The notes: a model not told the origin generated them from the sequence alone. Counted from the stretch's first letter, positions 18,399 through 28,248 are shown. The stretch is 64,000 nt of DNA from an uncultured Holophaga sp. (GCA_963677305.1 OY781925.1:2878783-2942782); one strand, 5' to 3'. Made by a program: numbers and translations.

Positions 18399-19457
18399 AT
18401 GCCCCGCCTTCTCCTCGTGGACGACAACCCGAGCATCCACAAGATCGCCGAATCCCTACTGGCCCACACCCAGATCGAGTTGGTCTGCACGGACAGCGGC
18501 CAGGCGGCCCTTGCCCTGCTGGAGTCGTCGGCCCCCTTCGATGTGGCCTTGATCGATGTATCCATGGGCGGCATGGATGGCTGGGAGCTCCTGAAGGAGC
18601 TCCGCTCCCGCCCGGAGACTTCCCGGCTCCCGATCGCCATGATGGTGGGCGTCCTGGACACGGTGGATCCGGGCAGGCTGGCCACGGCCCCCATCCAGGA
18701 TCTCATCAAGAAGCCCGTGGAGCTGCGGAACCTTGAGCAGCGGATCCAGGGCCTCCTTGAGATGCCCGTCCCGGAACCAGAACCAGAGCCGGAGCCCGAA
18801 CCAGAGACACCCATCCCGGCACCGGAGCCCACGCCCGTCCCGGAGCTGGACTTCTCCCCCGAGGACGGACTCACCCAGGAGAGCCTCACCCCCTCCTTCG
18901 AGACCCTTCCCGGCCAGCACATCTCCGAATTCCAGGCCAAGCTGGACAAGCTCGCCGAGGACATCCTGGAGCTCGGCGAGGGGGATCTCTTCCCCGAAGA
19001 GCCCACCGACACCCCCGGACTGCCTGCCGAGGAAGAGCTGAGCCTGGAAGAGCTCGACCTGGAGAGTCTGAGGGATATCGAACCCATGGAGGAGAGCCCC
19101 GAACCCTTCAGCCTGCCGGACCTCCCCCCGAGCGGTGTCGAGGTGATCACCGCCGATGACCTGCCGGACTTCTTCTCCGAGGATGAGCGCCCGACCTTGG
19201 AGATCCCGGTCCAGCAGCCCACCCTCTACACCCCTGTGGTGGAGCCCACGCCCGTGGAGCCCGAAGCAGAACCCATCAGGGAGGCCTCCCCCGTGCCCGC
19301 CCCCGACGCAGGGGCCCTTGCCAGCGCTCTCCTAGCGGACCCCGCCTTCATGGAATCCCTGGCCCAGGCCGTCGCAGCCAGACTCTCCGAGCAGGTGCTC
19401 CGCGAAGTGGCCTGGGAGGTCATGCCCGAGCTGGCCGACCGCATGAAGAAAGCCTGA
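18399..19457 (+). CDS. Response regulator, receiver domain plus Pro/Glu-rich linker and conserved C-terminal tail (RomR-like architecture)
   Basis: N-terminal CheY-like REC (LLLVDDNPSIHKIAESLL...ALIDVSMGGMDGWELLKELR), then ~200 aa of low-complexity Pro/Glu-rich sequence including PEPEPEPEPE, then a 50-aa conserved helical tail. No DNA-binding or enzymatic output domain. Confidence 0.75.
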   Translation: MPRLLLVDDNPSIHKIAESLLAHTQIELVCTDSGQAALALLESSAPFDVALIDVSMGGMDGWELLKELRSRPETSRLPIAMMVGVLDTVDPGRLATAPIQDLIKKPVELRNLEQRIQGLLEMPVPEPEPEPEPEPETPIPAPEPTPVPELDFSPEDGLTQESLTPSFETLPGQHISEFQAKLDKLAEDILELGEGDLFPEEPTDTPGLPAEEELSLEELDLESLRDIEPMEESPEPFSLPDLPPSGVEVITADDLPDFFSEDERPTLEIPVQQPTLYTPVVEPTPVEPEAEPIREASPVPAPDAGALASALLADPAFMESLAQAVAARLSEQVLREVAWEVMPELADRMKKA

Positions 19458-19466
19458 GCGCGCACC

Positions 19467-20117
19467 ATGATCACCGGCTACAACACGGATGTCCGCCATG
19501 GGAGCCGCGTCTTCCACGTCCAGACCGAGGACAAGGGACTGTCCAACCCCAGGATCGAAACCCTCATCTATGTGGGAGGTGAGATCCTGGACAGCTACCG
19601 GAGCTCCTACGAGGATCTGGCTGTCAATCCCCCCATCTCCGATGCGGCCATCCAGGCCCGTATGGACGAGCAGCACCGGGCCATCATCCGGGACATCAAG
19701 ACCGGAAAGTACGACACCACCCCCTCGGATGTGGACGCCGAAGAACGGAGGGTCTTCAATGATCGCCCCCTGGACCAGGCCATCCTCGAGTATCTCCAGC
19801 AGGAGGGAGAGGTGGACACCCTGGAGCTGGTGCTGGAGACGCCCATGCGCCCCACCTTCGGTGCCCCCTTCCAGGTGAGGGTCAAGGCCAGGCTCTGCCT
19901 CAGCCAGGAGCCCGTGGCGGATGCCGAAGTGACCGTGCGGCTCGTCTCCAGCCTGAAGAAGGCCACCAGCCTCCTGACGGGGAGAACGGATGCCGAGGGG
20001 ATCTTCACCGGCCTGGTGGAGATCCCCCTCAGCCAGCCGGGCCACTGCGCCGTCTCGGTCACTTGCGTGAGCCCTGCCGGGACAGACGAGATCCGGGCCC
20101 TCATCAGCGCAGCCTAG
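19467..20117 (+). CDS. Hypothetical protein (216 aa), operon partner of the RomR-like regulator
   Basis: MITGYNTDVRHGSRVFHVQTEDKGLSNPRIETLIYVGGEILD... No recognised domain. 9-bp gap after the regulator and 4-bp gap before the next gene. Confidence 0.5.
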   Translation: MITGYNTDVRHGSRVFHVQTEDKGLSNPRIETLIYVGGEILDSYRSSYEDLAVNPPISDAAIQARMDEQHRAIIRDIKTGKYDTTPSDVDAEERRVFNDRPLDQAILEYLQQEGEVDTLELVLETPMRPTFGAPFQVRVKARLCLSQEPVADAEVTVRLVSSLKKATSLLTGRTDAEGIFTGLVEIPLSQPGHCAVSVTCVSPAGTDEIRALISAA

Positions 20118-20121
20118 CGTC

Positions 20122-22944
20122 ATGCCGCTCCCCTGTTCCCGATGGGTGCCGGCCCTGGTGGCAGGCTCCCTCCTCCTCCCCCCCCTCGCAGCCCAGAGCA
20201 CCGGTTCGACCACCGCGGACCTCCGGGTCATCCTCGCCCCTTGGCCGACACCGGGACTCAGCCTGAGGCTTGTCTCCCCGGAGCGCGGGCAGTGCTGGGT
20301 GCTCCGGCCCGATCAGCAGGGCCGTGCCGAGTTCCGTCTGCTTCCCCCGGGCACCTACACCCTGGAGGTCGATGCCGGGGAGGGGCGCCGTCTCAGGGTC
20401 GAAGGGCTCACCCTCAGCCTGGGAAACACCCGGGAGCTCCGCCTGCCCCCCCCCGCCACCGCCGAAGTGCCGGTGGAGGAGGGGATGGTGGGGGCCCCCG
20501 GCACCTGGAGCCTGGACCTCCCTGCCCTGGAGGGACTCCCCGCCAGCCGGCGGAACTATACCGGCCTGAGTCTGACAACCCCCCTTGCGGCCATGGGGCG
20601 TGGCCCCACCAACCCTGGAGCCCCCGACTCCGGACTCAGCCTCGCCGGAGCCGGCCCGCGCCAGAACAGCTTTCTCGTCGATGGCCTCGACAACAACGAC
20701 CTCGGCAACGGCAACAGCCGGCTCCTCGTGAGCCAGTCCGCCATCCAGGCCTTCCAGGTTCTGCCCGGGGGCTACTCTGCGGAGCTGGGCAGGGCCACAG
20801 GAGGCGTGGTGAATGCCATCCTGAAGACCGGGACCAACCGCACCGAGGGCAGCGTCTTCGACAGCTTCAGCCCCGGATCGCTGGACGCCCGCTCCCCCTT
20901 GGCTGGCAGCACCCACTTCTGGATGCACCAGTACGGGCTCTCCACCTCGGGTCCCATCCTCAAGGACCGCCTCTTCTACTTCGCCTGCGCCGAGCGCCTC
21001 GACCGCTCGGCCACCCGAACCGTGAACATCGACCCCGCAGTGGCCACCAGCATCCGGGGTGCTGGATTCAACCTGGAGACCGGAGACCTGGAGTCCCGCG
21101 ACGCCTCCACCTCAGCCCTGCTCAAGCTGGACTGGATCCCCAGCCCGGACAACCGCTGGAGCGCCCGATTCATGGGGAGCCGCAGGGGAAACGACAGCCT
21201 GATTCCCTGGGGTGGGCTCAAGGCCCGCAGTACCGGAGGACGCCAGGACACCCGGGATCTGGCGGCGGCCCTCACCTGGCAGTGGATCCCCTCTCCGGAA
21301 CTCCTGCGGGAGAGCCGCTTCATGCTCACTGATCGCCGGGACCGTCTGGTGGCCCTGGATGGGGACCGGACGGTGCAGGTGGATCTCCAGGGCATGGCCA
21401 GCTTCGGCACCCAGCGGCTCACCCCCCAGGATCTCCGCACCCGCTACCTGCAGTGGTCAGACGCCACCACCCTTGTCCGGGGCGCCCACACCCTCAAAGC
21501 CGGAGTCGACTGGATCAACACCCTCAACCAGGGTCGGGCCGAGAACAACAGCACCGGCTACTACCTCTTCCAGGCCATCCCCACGTACGGACTCTCCTCC
21601 AGCCTCGCTTCCTTCCTCGCGGGTGCTCCGGTGGCCTACGTCCAATCCTTCGGCGACTCCAGCACCCGCTTCAGCACAGACCTGCAGAGCCTCTACGTGC
21701 AGGATGAGTGGCGGCCGGCTCCCCCTTGGACCCTGCAACTGGGGCTCCGCTATGACCGGGAGCGTATCCCCACCTTCGAGGACACCCCCGATTACCAGGC
21801 CCTGGGCGGAACCACCAGCTCCCGCCTCGAGGACGGCGCTGTGGCCTACAGCAGCCTGTTCAGGGTCCAGCGGAACTGGACCTCGGCCCGCTTCTCTCCC
21901 CGAGTCTCCTTCACCTGGGAGCCCACCCCAAGGTGGAAGCTCCATGGTGGCTTCGGCACCTTCAGCGGCAGCACCAACCTGAGCCCTGTCTTCGGGCTGC
22001 GGACGACCAATGGCCTGCGGGGCTATGGCATCCTCCAGACCATCCTGGATGCCAATCCCTACGGCCCCATGACCGCATGGGCCCAGCCGGGGCACCGGTA
22101 CAGCACGGCCCCCGAGGGGGTCGCCCACAGCCTGGTCATTCCCGGCAGCCACCAGTCCCCCGTAAGCCGCCAGCAGAGCCTGGGCCTCACTTGGCTGGCG
22201 GCTCCAGCCTGGCAGCTGAGTCTGGACCTCCTCCACACCAAGGGCAGCCACCTGCTGAACGTCCGGGATGTGAATGCCTTCGTGCTGAGCACCGCAGGCC
22301 TCCGCCGGGTGGACACAAGGTACTCCAGCATCTACCGGGTGGACGACTCTGGGGCAAGCCGGTATTGGGCCCAGACCCTGGGTTGCACCTGGACCCCCGC
22401 AACGGGCACTCGAATCCAGGCCTCCTACTGCCACAGCTCCGCTCGGGACAACTACAACGACTGGACCGGGGCCCTGGCTCCCGAAAACACCTTCGACCCC
22501 TCAAGCGAGTGGGGACCGAGCTTCCAGGACCAGAGGCACCGCTTTCTGGTGGACGCCCTCTGGTCAGGTCCGGAGACGGGTAACCCCTGGGTGCGCGGCT
22601 GGCAGGTGGGGGCCAGGGCGACCCTGGGCAGCGGACGGCCCTACAGCCGCCTGGCGGGAAGTGACCTCAACAACAACGGGGACGGTGCCTCAGACCGGGT
22701 TCCGGGCTACGGGCGCAACAGTGAGCAGCTGCCCTGGAGCCGCCGCATCGACCTCCGGCTCACCCGGACTTTCCAGGCCAGCCAGGTGCGCTGGGAGGCG
22801 AGCCTGGATATCTTCAACCTCCTGAACCACGCCAATGTGACCGAAGTCCAGAACGTCGCCGGCTCCGACTCCCCCCCCTACGGCACCCCCACTGACTACG
22901 AGGGGATGCGCCAGTTCCAGTTCGGTCTGCGAGCCTCCTACTGA
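20122..22944 (+). CDS. TonB-dependent receptor-like outer-membrane protein with N-terminal carboxypeptidase-regulatory-like domain
   Basis: 940 aa. Signal peptide, Ig-like CarbopepD_reg-type N-terminus, plug-like region (NYTGLSLTTP...NSFLVDGLDNNDLGNG), long beta-barrel-like C-terminus ending ...FGLRASY (terminal aromatic). This architecture is typical of Acidobacteria. Confidence 0.75.
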   Translation: MPLPCSRWVPALVAGSLLLPPLAAQSTGSTTADLRVILAPWPTPGLSLRLVSPERGQCWVLRPDQQGRAEFRLLPPGTYTLEVDAGEGRRLRVEGLTLSLGNTRELRLPPPATAEVPVEEGMVGAPGTWSLDLPALEGLPASRRNYTGLSLTTPLAAMGRGPTNPGAPDSGLSLAGAGPRQNSFLVDGLDNNDLGNGNSRLLVSQSAIQAFQVLPGGYSAELGRATGGVVNAILKTGTNRTEGSVFDSFSPGSLDARSPLAGSTHFWMHQYGLSTSGPILKDRLFYFACAERLDRSATRTVNIDPAVATSIRGAGFNLETGDLESRDASTSALLKLDWIPSPDNRWSARFMGSRRGNDSLIPWGGLKARSTGGRQDTRDLAAALTWQWIPSPELLRESRFMLTDRRDRLVALDGDRTVQVDLQGMASFGTQRLTPQDLRTRYLQWSDATTLVRGAHTLKAGVDWINTLNQGRAENNSTGYYLFQAIPTYGLSSSLASFLAGAPVAYVQSFGDSSTRFSTDLQSLYVQDEWRPAPPWTLQLGLRYDRERIPTFEDTPDYQALGGTTSSRLEDGAVAYSSLFRVQRNWTSARFSPRVSFTWEPTPRWKLHGGFGTFSGSTNLSPVFGLRTTNGLRGYGILQTILDANPYGPMTAWAQPGHRYSTAPEGVAHSLVIPGSHQSPVSRQQSLGLTWLAAPAWQLSLDLLHTKGSHLLNVRDVNAFVLSTAGLRRVDTRYSSIYRVDDSGASRYWAQTLGCTWTPATGTRIQASYCHSSARDNYNDWTGALAPENTFDPSSEWGPSFQDQRHRFLVDALWSGPETGNPWVRGWQVGARATLGSGRPYSRLAGSDLNNNGDGASDRVPGYGRNSEQLPWSRRIDLRLTRTFQASQVRWEASLDIFNLLNHANVTEVQNVAGSDSPPYGTPTDYEGMRQFQFGLRASY

Positions 22945-24269
22945 GGCCTCGGCACCGGCAGGTGCATCCGCAGGAAACGCTCCGGCGAGACCACGCCCAG
23001 GGCCTGGAGATCCGTCCTGGCCGCCTCCCGGAGCCCCTCGCCGGCCCGACCGTGGAGGGAGCCCCTCAGCATCCGGACGGTCAGGGCATGCAGGCGCATG
23101 TCGGATCCCTCGAAGGCGAGCTCAGACTGCAGCAGAACCGGATGGGCTTCCCCTTCCCGCCCCCTGGCCAGAAGGGCCAGCCCCTGGAGTCGGAGCACCA
23201 GGGCATGCCCATAAGGGGTCTTCTCCGCTTCGATGGCCCGGATATCCGATCCCAACTGCCTCCAGCCCCTGGCATCCATGCTTCCGGGCTTCTCCAGCTC
23301 CAACCCGAGCAGGGTGCGGGCCCGCAGCTCACGGCAGGTGATGCCTATGGCCTGGACCCTGAGAAGCATGGAGCGCCGGAGGGCCGACCAGGCCGCCTCA
23401 AGCTGCGCCCTCGCCCGAAGGGGCGAGCCCTCGTAGAGTTCGATATTCACCAGAGACACCAGCTCGTTGTAATGCTGGGCATGGAAGCCCCGGCTGGACC
23501 AGGCACCCATGGCCTCCACCAGTGCCTCCCGGGCCATCTCCGGACGGTCCTGGGCCAGGAAGAGCAGGTAGGCGTGCCCAGCCCTCAGGTTGGCGAGGGC
23601 CAGGAGATCTCCCTTGCTCCGGGCCTCCAGCACCAGACCGGGCAGACGTCGGGACAGCTCCGGCAGGTCCCCCATGACGCTGTAGCCCACCAGGGCCTGG
23701 AACTGGGCCAGGTGGATCTCGTAGTGGAGCCCCGCAGTGCCCTCCCTCAGGAGGTGCTCAGCCCGGTCCAGGAGTCCGGCCCCGGCCTTCCAGCGTCCTT
23801 GGAGAATCGCCGCAATGCCCGCTCCGATGTAGGCCCTTCCCAAAGGCTCAGGCTGCCCAAGCCTCTCTGCCTCCTCCAGGGCCAGGGAGAGGACACGCCC
23901 GGTCTCCCGCTCGCTCCGCAGCCCACGGTGCGAAAGGAAGACCGCCTCGTGGGCCAATGCCCGCACCAGCCGGTAGGGCTCCCCGGCGTGGAGCACCAGG
24001 AGGAGTTGCTTGACCTGGAAGAGCGTGGCGGGAATGGGATCCACGGGTCCGAAACCCATGGCCGCGGCCCAGAGGAGATCAATCCGGTCCAGATCCTCCC
24101 GTGGGATGCCCCCTTCCTCGCGCCGCTCATAGCGGAGCCCTCTGAGGCGCAACAGGACCCTCAATCCAGCGCACGGACCAGGGCATGACCCGGAGAGGCG
24201 GGCATCCGGATGCGGGCCAGGGGAAGGAGCTCCTCCAGGAGCACCACCCCCCGGTCCATGTGCCCACAA
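22938..24269 (-). pseudogene. TPR-like C-terminal continuation of the kinase-ATPase gene in the -1 frame (frameshifted gene, or a separate TPR protein)
   Basis: Helical-repeat sequence in a different frame begins exactly where the 858-aa ORF stops (frames overlap 24161-24269). Consistent with a single ~1270-aa STK-AAA-TPR gene interrupted by a 1-nt indel. Confidence 0.45.
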
Positions 24270-26737
24270 CGCATGAATTCCTCCGAAGCCCGGCGCCTCA
24301 GCAGGATCCCCTCTCTGCCCGTAGGGGCCCCCGGAATCAGCCGCTGGTAGGCCTCCGCCGCCTCCAGGCTGTGTCCGGCCTTGCAGAGGGCATCAGCGTA
24401 GTCCAGGCAGAGGTCCCGGCGGGTCTGCCAGGGATCCCCGAGGAGGGCCATGGCCTGGGCCAGGAAGGAGGCCGCCTGCTCGAAAGCGAGGGCACGGCCC
24501 GCCTGGTGCGCCCCCTCAATGTAGTAACCCAACGCGCGATCCGAATCCCCGCCGCGCTTGTAGTGGAGGGCGAGGAAGGCTGGTTCCTGCCCCCCCCGCT
24601 CTTCCATCGCCCGGGCAAGGCGGAGGTGACCCAGAGCCTGTTCTCCTGGATCCATGGCCGCCAGCACAGCCAGTTGGACCCGATGGTGGTAGGGCTCCAG
24701 CAGCTTGTCCTCCTGGGCGCCCCGCACCCTGACCAGATGGGCGCTCCTCAGCTGCGGATAGCCGCTCTCCCCCCCTCCCTTCCGCTCAGTGGCGGCCCTG
24801 GCAAGGCTCCACGGAAGAGGACGGCCCGCAAGGGCCAGGGTCTCGAGGAGCAGCTTCGCATCCTCCGGCAGGCCTCGGATCACGCCCTGGAGATAGGCTT
24901 CGAGTCCGCCGGACCAGTCCCGGGCCGGTTCCTGCGCCCCCCGGAGGAAGTGGGCGAGTTCGTGGATATAGTATGGGTTCCCGCCCGAATCCCTGGCAAT
25001 CCGCTCCGCCAGCCCCTCCCGCCCGGCCAGGAGGGGATCGAGCCGGCTGAGGGCCATGGCCCGGGCCTCCCGGGGCCCGAGGCTGTGCAACTCAATGGAG
25101 ACGAGCTCCCCGAAGAGCTCCGCAGGCGAGGAACAGAGCTGCCGGAGCACCGGGGAAGAGGAGAGATCCTCCCCACGGAAGGTGATGACTAGCATCAGGC
25201 ATGGCCTGTCCGGCCCCCGGAAGAGTTCTGCCAACAGGGCGGCACTGTCCATGTCACCCCACTGGAGGTCCTCCAGGATGAGCACCAGGGGCTGGGTGTT
25301 TCCCAGCCTCTCCAGGAGCTCCCGGAAGGCAGCGAAGGCCTGGCGCCTCAGCTCCACCGGATCCACCGTGAGGGGCGCCCCCGGAGCTTCCGCCAGAGCG
25401 GGCACCTGCCCCAGGACAGGGAAGAGCTGGACCAGGGAGGCTGTCTGCCGCGGCAGGATGGCCCGACAGGCCAGTGGTGCCATGGCCTTGAGGCGCAGAC
25501 TCAGCGCATCCACCAGACTGTCCATGGCCTTGAAGGGGAGGTCCTCCTGCTCATAGCACCGCCCAGGAAGGACCACACACTCCGGGTTCAGTCGCCGGAC
25601 CTCCCGGACGAAGCGCTGGACCAGGGCGGTCTTTCCGGAGCCGGACTCCCCCTGGAGCCAGACGGTCCGGGTACACCCATCCCGAAGCTGGTGGAAGGAC
25701 CGCAGGAGCATGGCCAACTCGGCCTCCCGGCCGATCATCTCCCCGCGGAGGACCCGGGGCGGCCTCCCTTCCCTGGAGTCCCCCTGCAGGGCCTCCAGAA
25801 TGGCGGCTCCATCCGGGCGCAGCGCGGGGTCGCGTTCCAGGAGAGCCGTACAGATGTGGTCCAGATCTTCCGGAAGACCCTCCACCAGCAGAGAGGGAGG
25901 ACAGGGATCCATGTCGGCCTTGGCCCGGATGACCTCCAGATCGGTGCCGATGTAGGGCGGCTGTCCAGTCAGGACCTGGTAGAGCATCACCCCGACACTG
26001 TACCAATCGCTGGCGGGGGAGCATTCCCCCCCCTCCAGGATCTCAGGGGCGATGAAGGCCGGGGTTCCCGCAGTCTCCGGACGCTCCGACCCCTCCGGGA
26101 GCAGGCGGGTGGCAAGACCGAAGTCAAGGATCACCAGTCGGCCCTGGGGAGTGATGATCACATTCCCGGGCTTCAGGTCCCTGTGGATGATCCCGGCGGC
26201 ATGGAGGGCCCCCAGACCGTGGACCAGGTCCACCAGGGCCTTCCGGATGACCTGGAACTCCCTGGGCGGCGAACAGGGGTAGGTCCGCGGGTGCATGACC
26301 GGCTCCACGCCACCCCAGGCGTCCTCACCGGTGCTCCCGTGGAGGGGGGAGCAGGTGGCATCGGTGACCCGCCGCAGGGCGACGAGGGTTCCGGAGCTGC
26401 CGGTCAAAGCGGCCCCCTCCGCCCCGGGGACACCCCTCCGGAGAGCCGTCAGGAAGTCCACGCCATCCAGCAGCTCCATGGAGAAGAACCATCGGTTCCC
26501 ATCCGTCATCAGCTCCCGGAGCGCCACGAGATTGGGGTGGCTCACATCGGCCAGGGCCCTGAATTCCTGCTTGAGGCGGAAGAGATCGACCGCCTGGAAG
26601 GAGTGCGGGATCTTGAGGGCGACCCGGCACTCCTGGTCCCGGTCGTACGCCTCATAGACCTTCCCGAAAGAGCCCGAGCCCAGGCAGCACCGGAGTGCAA
26701 ACCGGCGCGAACCGCAGAACTCCTCGATCTGGATCAT
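24161..26737 (-). CDS. Ser/Thr protein kinase fused to AAA/STAND-type ATPase domain (N-terminal 858 aa of a larger signalling protein)
   Basis: Hanks kinase motifs (GSGSFGKVYEAYD, VALKIP, HRDLKPGNVII, DFGLA, GTPAFIAPE), then a P-loop NTPase (LQGESGSGKTALV, LILEDLQWGD) and helical repeats. Confidence 0.8.
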   Translation of the reverse strand: MIQIEEFCGSRRFALRCCLGSGSFGKVYEAYDRDQECRVALKIPHSFQAVDLFRLKQEFRALADVSHPNLVALRELMTDGNRWFFSMELLDGVDFLTALRRGVPGAEGAALTGSSGTLVALRRVTDATCSPLHGSTGEDAWGGVEPVMHPRTYPCSPPREFQVIRKALVDLVHGLGALHAAGIIHRDLKPGNVIITPQGRLVILDFGLATRLLPEGSERPETAGTPAFIAPEILEGGECSPASDWYSVGVMLYQVLTGQPPYIGTDLEVIRAKADMDPCPPSLLVEGLPEDLDHICTALLERDPALRPDGAAILEALQGDSREGRPPRVLRGEMIGREAELAMLLRSFHQLRDGCTRTVWLQGESGSGKTALVQRFVREVRRLNPECVVLPGRCYEQEDLPFKAMDSLVDALSLRLKAMAPLACRAILPRQTASLVQLFPVLGQVPALAEAPGAPLTVDPVELRRQAFAAFRELLERLGNTQPLVLILEDLQWGDMDSAALLAELFRGPDRPCLMLVITFRGEDLSSSPVLRQLCSSPAELFGELVSIELHSLGPREARAMALSRLDPLLAGREGLAERIARDSGGNPYYIHELAHFLRGAQEPARDWSGGLEAYLQGVIRGLPEDAKLLLETLALAGRPLPWSLARAATERKGGGESGYPQLRSAHLVRVRGAQEDKLLEPYHHRVQLAVLAAMDPGEQALGHLRLARAMEERGGQEPAFLALHYKRGGDSDRALGYYIEGAHQAGRALAFEQAASFLAQAMALLGDPWQTRRDLCLDYADALCKAGHSLEAAEAYQRLIPGAPTGREGILLRRRASEEFMRCGHMDRGVVLLEELLPLARIRMPASPGHALVRALD

Positions 26738-26767
26738 CTCTTCAGCATTCCCGAGCTGTGGCGGATT

Positions 26768-27328
26768 TCAAACAGGAACGTGGGGCAGACAAGCGGCAGT
26801 CTCCAGAATCAGGCCGGACAGCCCGTGAAGCTCGGCCATCGTCACCCGGTGGACCTCTTCAGGAGGGATGATCTCCGCCTCCAGGTCCTCCAGCTCGAAG
26901 GCCACCACCGCATCCTGCATCACCATCACACGGAAACCGAGGTCCCTGGCGGAGCGGACCGTGGAGGACACATCATCGGCCGCCGTGAAGCCGGCCACCA
27001 CAAGGCGATCCACCCCCATCCGCCGCAGCAGTTCCTCCAATCCAGTCCCACTGAAGGCTGAAGAGCCCGTCTTGCCCAAGACAAGCTCATGGTCCAACGG
27101 AGTGGCTTCGGGCTTGAAGGCATGCCCTGGCTGCCCGGGGCAGAGCGGGGAATGGGGGTCCGCATGATCCTGCCGGATGTGCACCACCGGTCTCCCTGCG
27201 GAGCGGAAGGCCTCCAGGAGGTCGTGGATGCAGGCCTCCGCCCCAGGATGGGAGCGCCCCCCCCAGTGGGGATGGTCCCAGCCCTTCTGGATACAGAGCA
27301 GGAGGAGGGCGGTCGTGGGTGGAAGCAT
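26768..27328 (-). CDS. Isochorismatase-family (cysteine-hydrolase fold) protein
   Basis: 186 aa, LDHELVLGKTGSSAF...LVVAGFTAADDVSSTVRSARDLGFRVMVMQDA matches the isochorismatase fold. The usual catalytic Cys position appears to be Asp. Confidence 0.6.
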   Translation of the reverse strand: MLPPTTALLLLCIQKGWDHPHWGGRSHPGAEACIHDLLEAFRSAGRPVVHIRQDHADPHSPLCPGQPGHAFKPEATPLDHELVLGKTGSSAFSGTGLEELLRRMGVDRLVVAGFTAADDVSSTVRSARDLGFRVMVMQDAVVAFELEDLEAEIIPPEEVHRVTMAELHGLSGLILETAACLPHVPV

Positions 27329-27366
27329 GGGGATGTTTTACCCTGAGGATCCAGGAGGAGACCACC

Positions 27367-27573
27367 ATGATTTCAGTCCGCCCCCTCCCTGCAGTTGTCC
27401 TGCTCATCCTGGTGGCCTGCAGATCCCAGGCGGCAGAAACCGGGGTGAAGCGCCGATTCCAGGCAGGGCTCCATGCCCTGCTGCCTGACGAGACGGCGAA
27501 GAAGAGCTTCCACCTGTCGTGGGAGCATCGAATCAGAATCCCGGGACTCAGCCAAGCGGAGCTTTGTCGATAA
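27367..27573 (+). CDS. Possible small secreted protein
   Basis: 68 aa from internal Met: MISVRPLPAVVLLILVACRSQAAETG... signal-peptide-like. No homology recognised; could be non-coding. Confidence 0.2.
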   Translation: MISVRPLPAVVLLILVACRSQAAETGVKRRFQAGLHALLPDETAKKSFHLSWEHRIRIPGLSQAELCR

Positions 27574-27602
27574 CCAGGTAGAAGAAGGGTTCCTGCGCCG
27601 GA

Positions 27603-28118
27603 TCACACCTTCGGGGGTTTCATCCCGAAACCGGCCCAGTCTTCACGGACTGGCCCGTAGACCTCAGGCACCCGGAGACCGGCCTGCCGCAGGAGTACGG
27701 TCATCTGACCCCGGTGGTGGGCCTGGTGGGTGATGAGGACCATCAGGGAGAGTCCCCTGGCCCAGAGCTCCCCGTACATGTCGTCCTGGATATCCAGGGT
27801 GGCATCGCTCCAGCCCCCCACCTGGGAGGCCAAACTTGCGCTGGCCCGCTCATAGGCCTGGATGATCTCCTCCATGAGCACCGGGGGCGCACAGATGAAG
27901 CCCCCATGCACCAGATCGGAGCCCTCGACCCGGAGGCCCATGCGCCCGGGCAACTCGATCAGGCCCTCCACCAGGTGCCAAGCCAGACGCGCCAAGTCCC
28001 TGCCCTCCGGAGCCGAAAGGTGGCTCATGGCGGCGTCGGGGATGGCACGGAAGACCCTGAGGGAAGCCTGGGACTCCTGCTCCCAGAGAACCAGGAAATC
28101 CCGGATACGACGGAACAT
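27603..28118 (-). CDS. DinB/YfiT-like (DinB_2) metal-dependent hydrolase family protein
   Basis: 171 aa, four-helix-bundle DinB_2 pattern with conserved His (LAWHLVEG..., ITHQAHHRGQMTVLLRQAG). Confidence 0.6.
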   Translation of the reverse strand: MFRRIRDFLVLWEQESQASLRVFRAIPDAAMSHLSAPEGRDLARLAWHLVEGLIELPGRMGLRVEGSDLVHGGFICAPPVLMEEIIQAYERASASLASQVGGWSDATLDIQDDMYGELWARGLSLMVLITHQAHHRGQMTVLLRQAGLRVPEVYGPVREDWAGFGMKPPKV

Positions 28119-28248
28119 GGCCCCTCCTGTAATCTGTCCCCATCATACGTTAGGCCTTTGCGGCGGGAGTCCAAGTGGAAAAGCATCCAGGAATCGGAGG
28201 GAGGCCCGGGGGGACCGGGACATGGCGACGGAGCTCTGGGCGCCTGGA

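Noticed and set aside
18776-18811. Short tandem nucleotide repeat considered as a CRISPR or mobile repeat
   Set aside because: It is an in-frame (PE)n coding microsatellite inside a response-regulator linker; no spacers, no cas genes.
26768-27328. Isochorismatase-family protein with Asp at the usual catalytic-Cys position, considered as a finding
   Set aside because: The alignment was done by eye only and the register is uncertain. Recorded in the feature evidence but not promoted to a finding.
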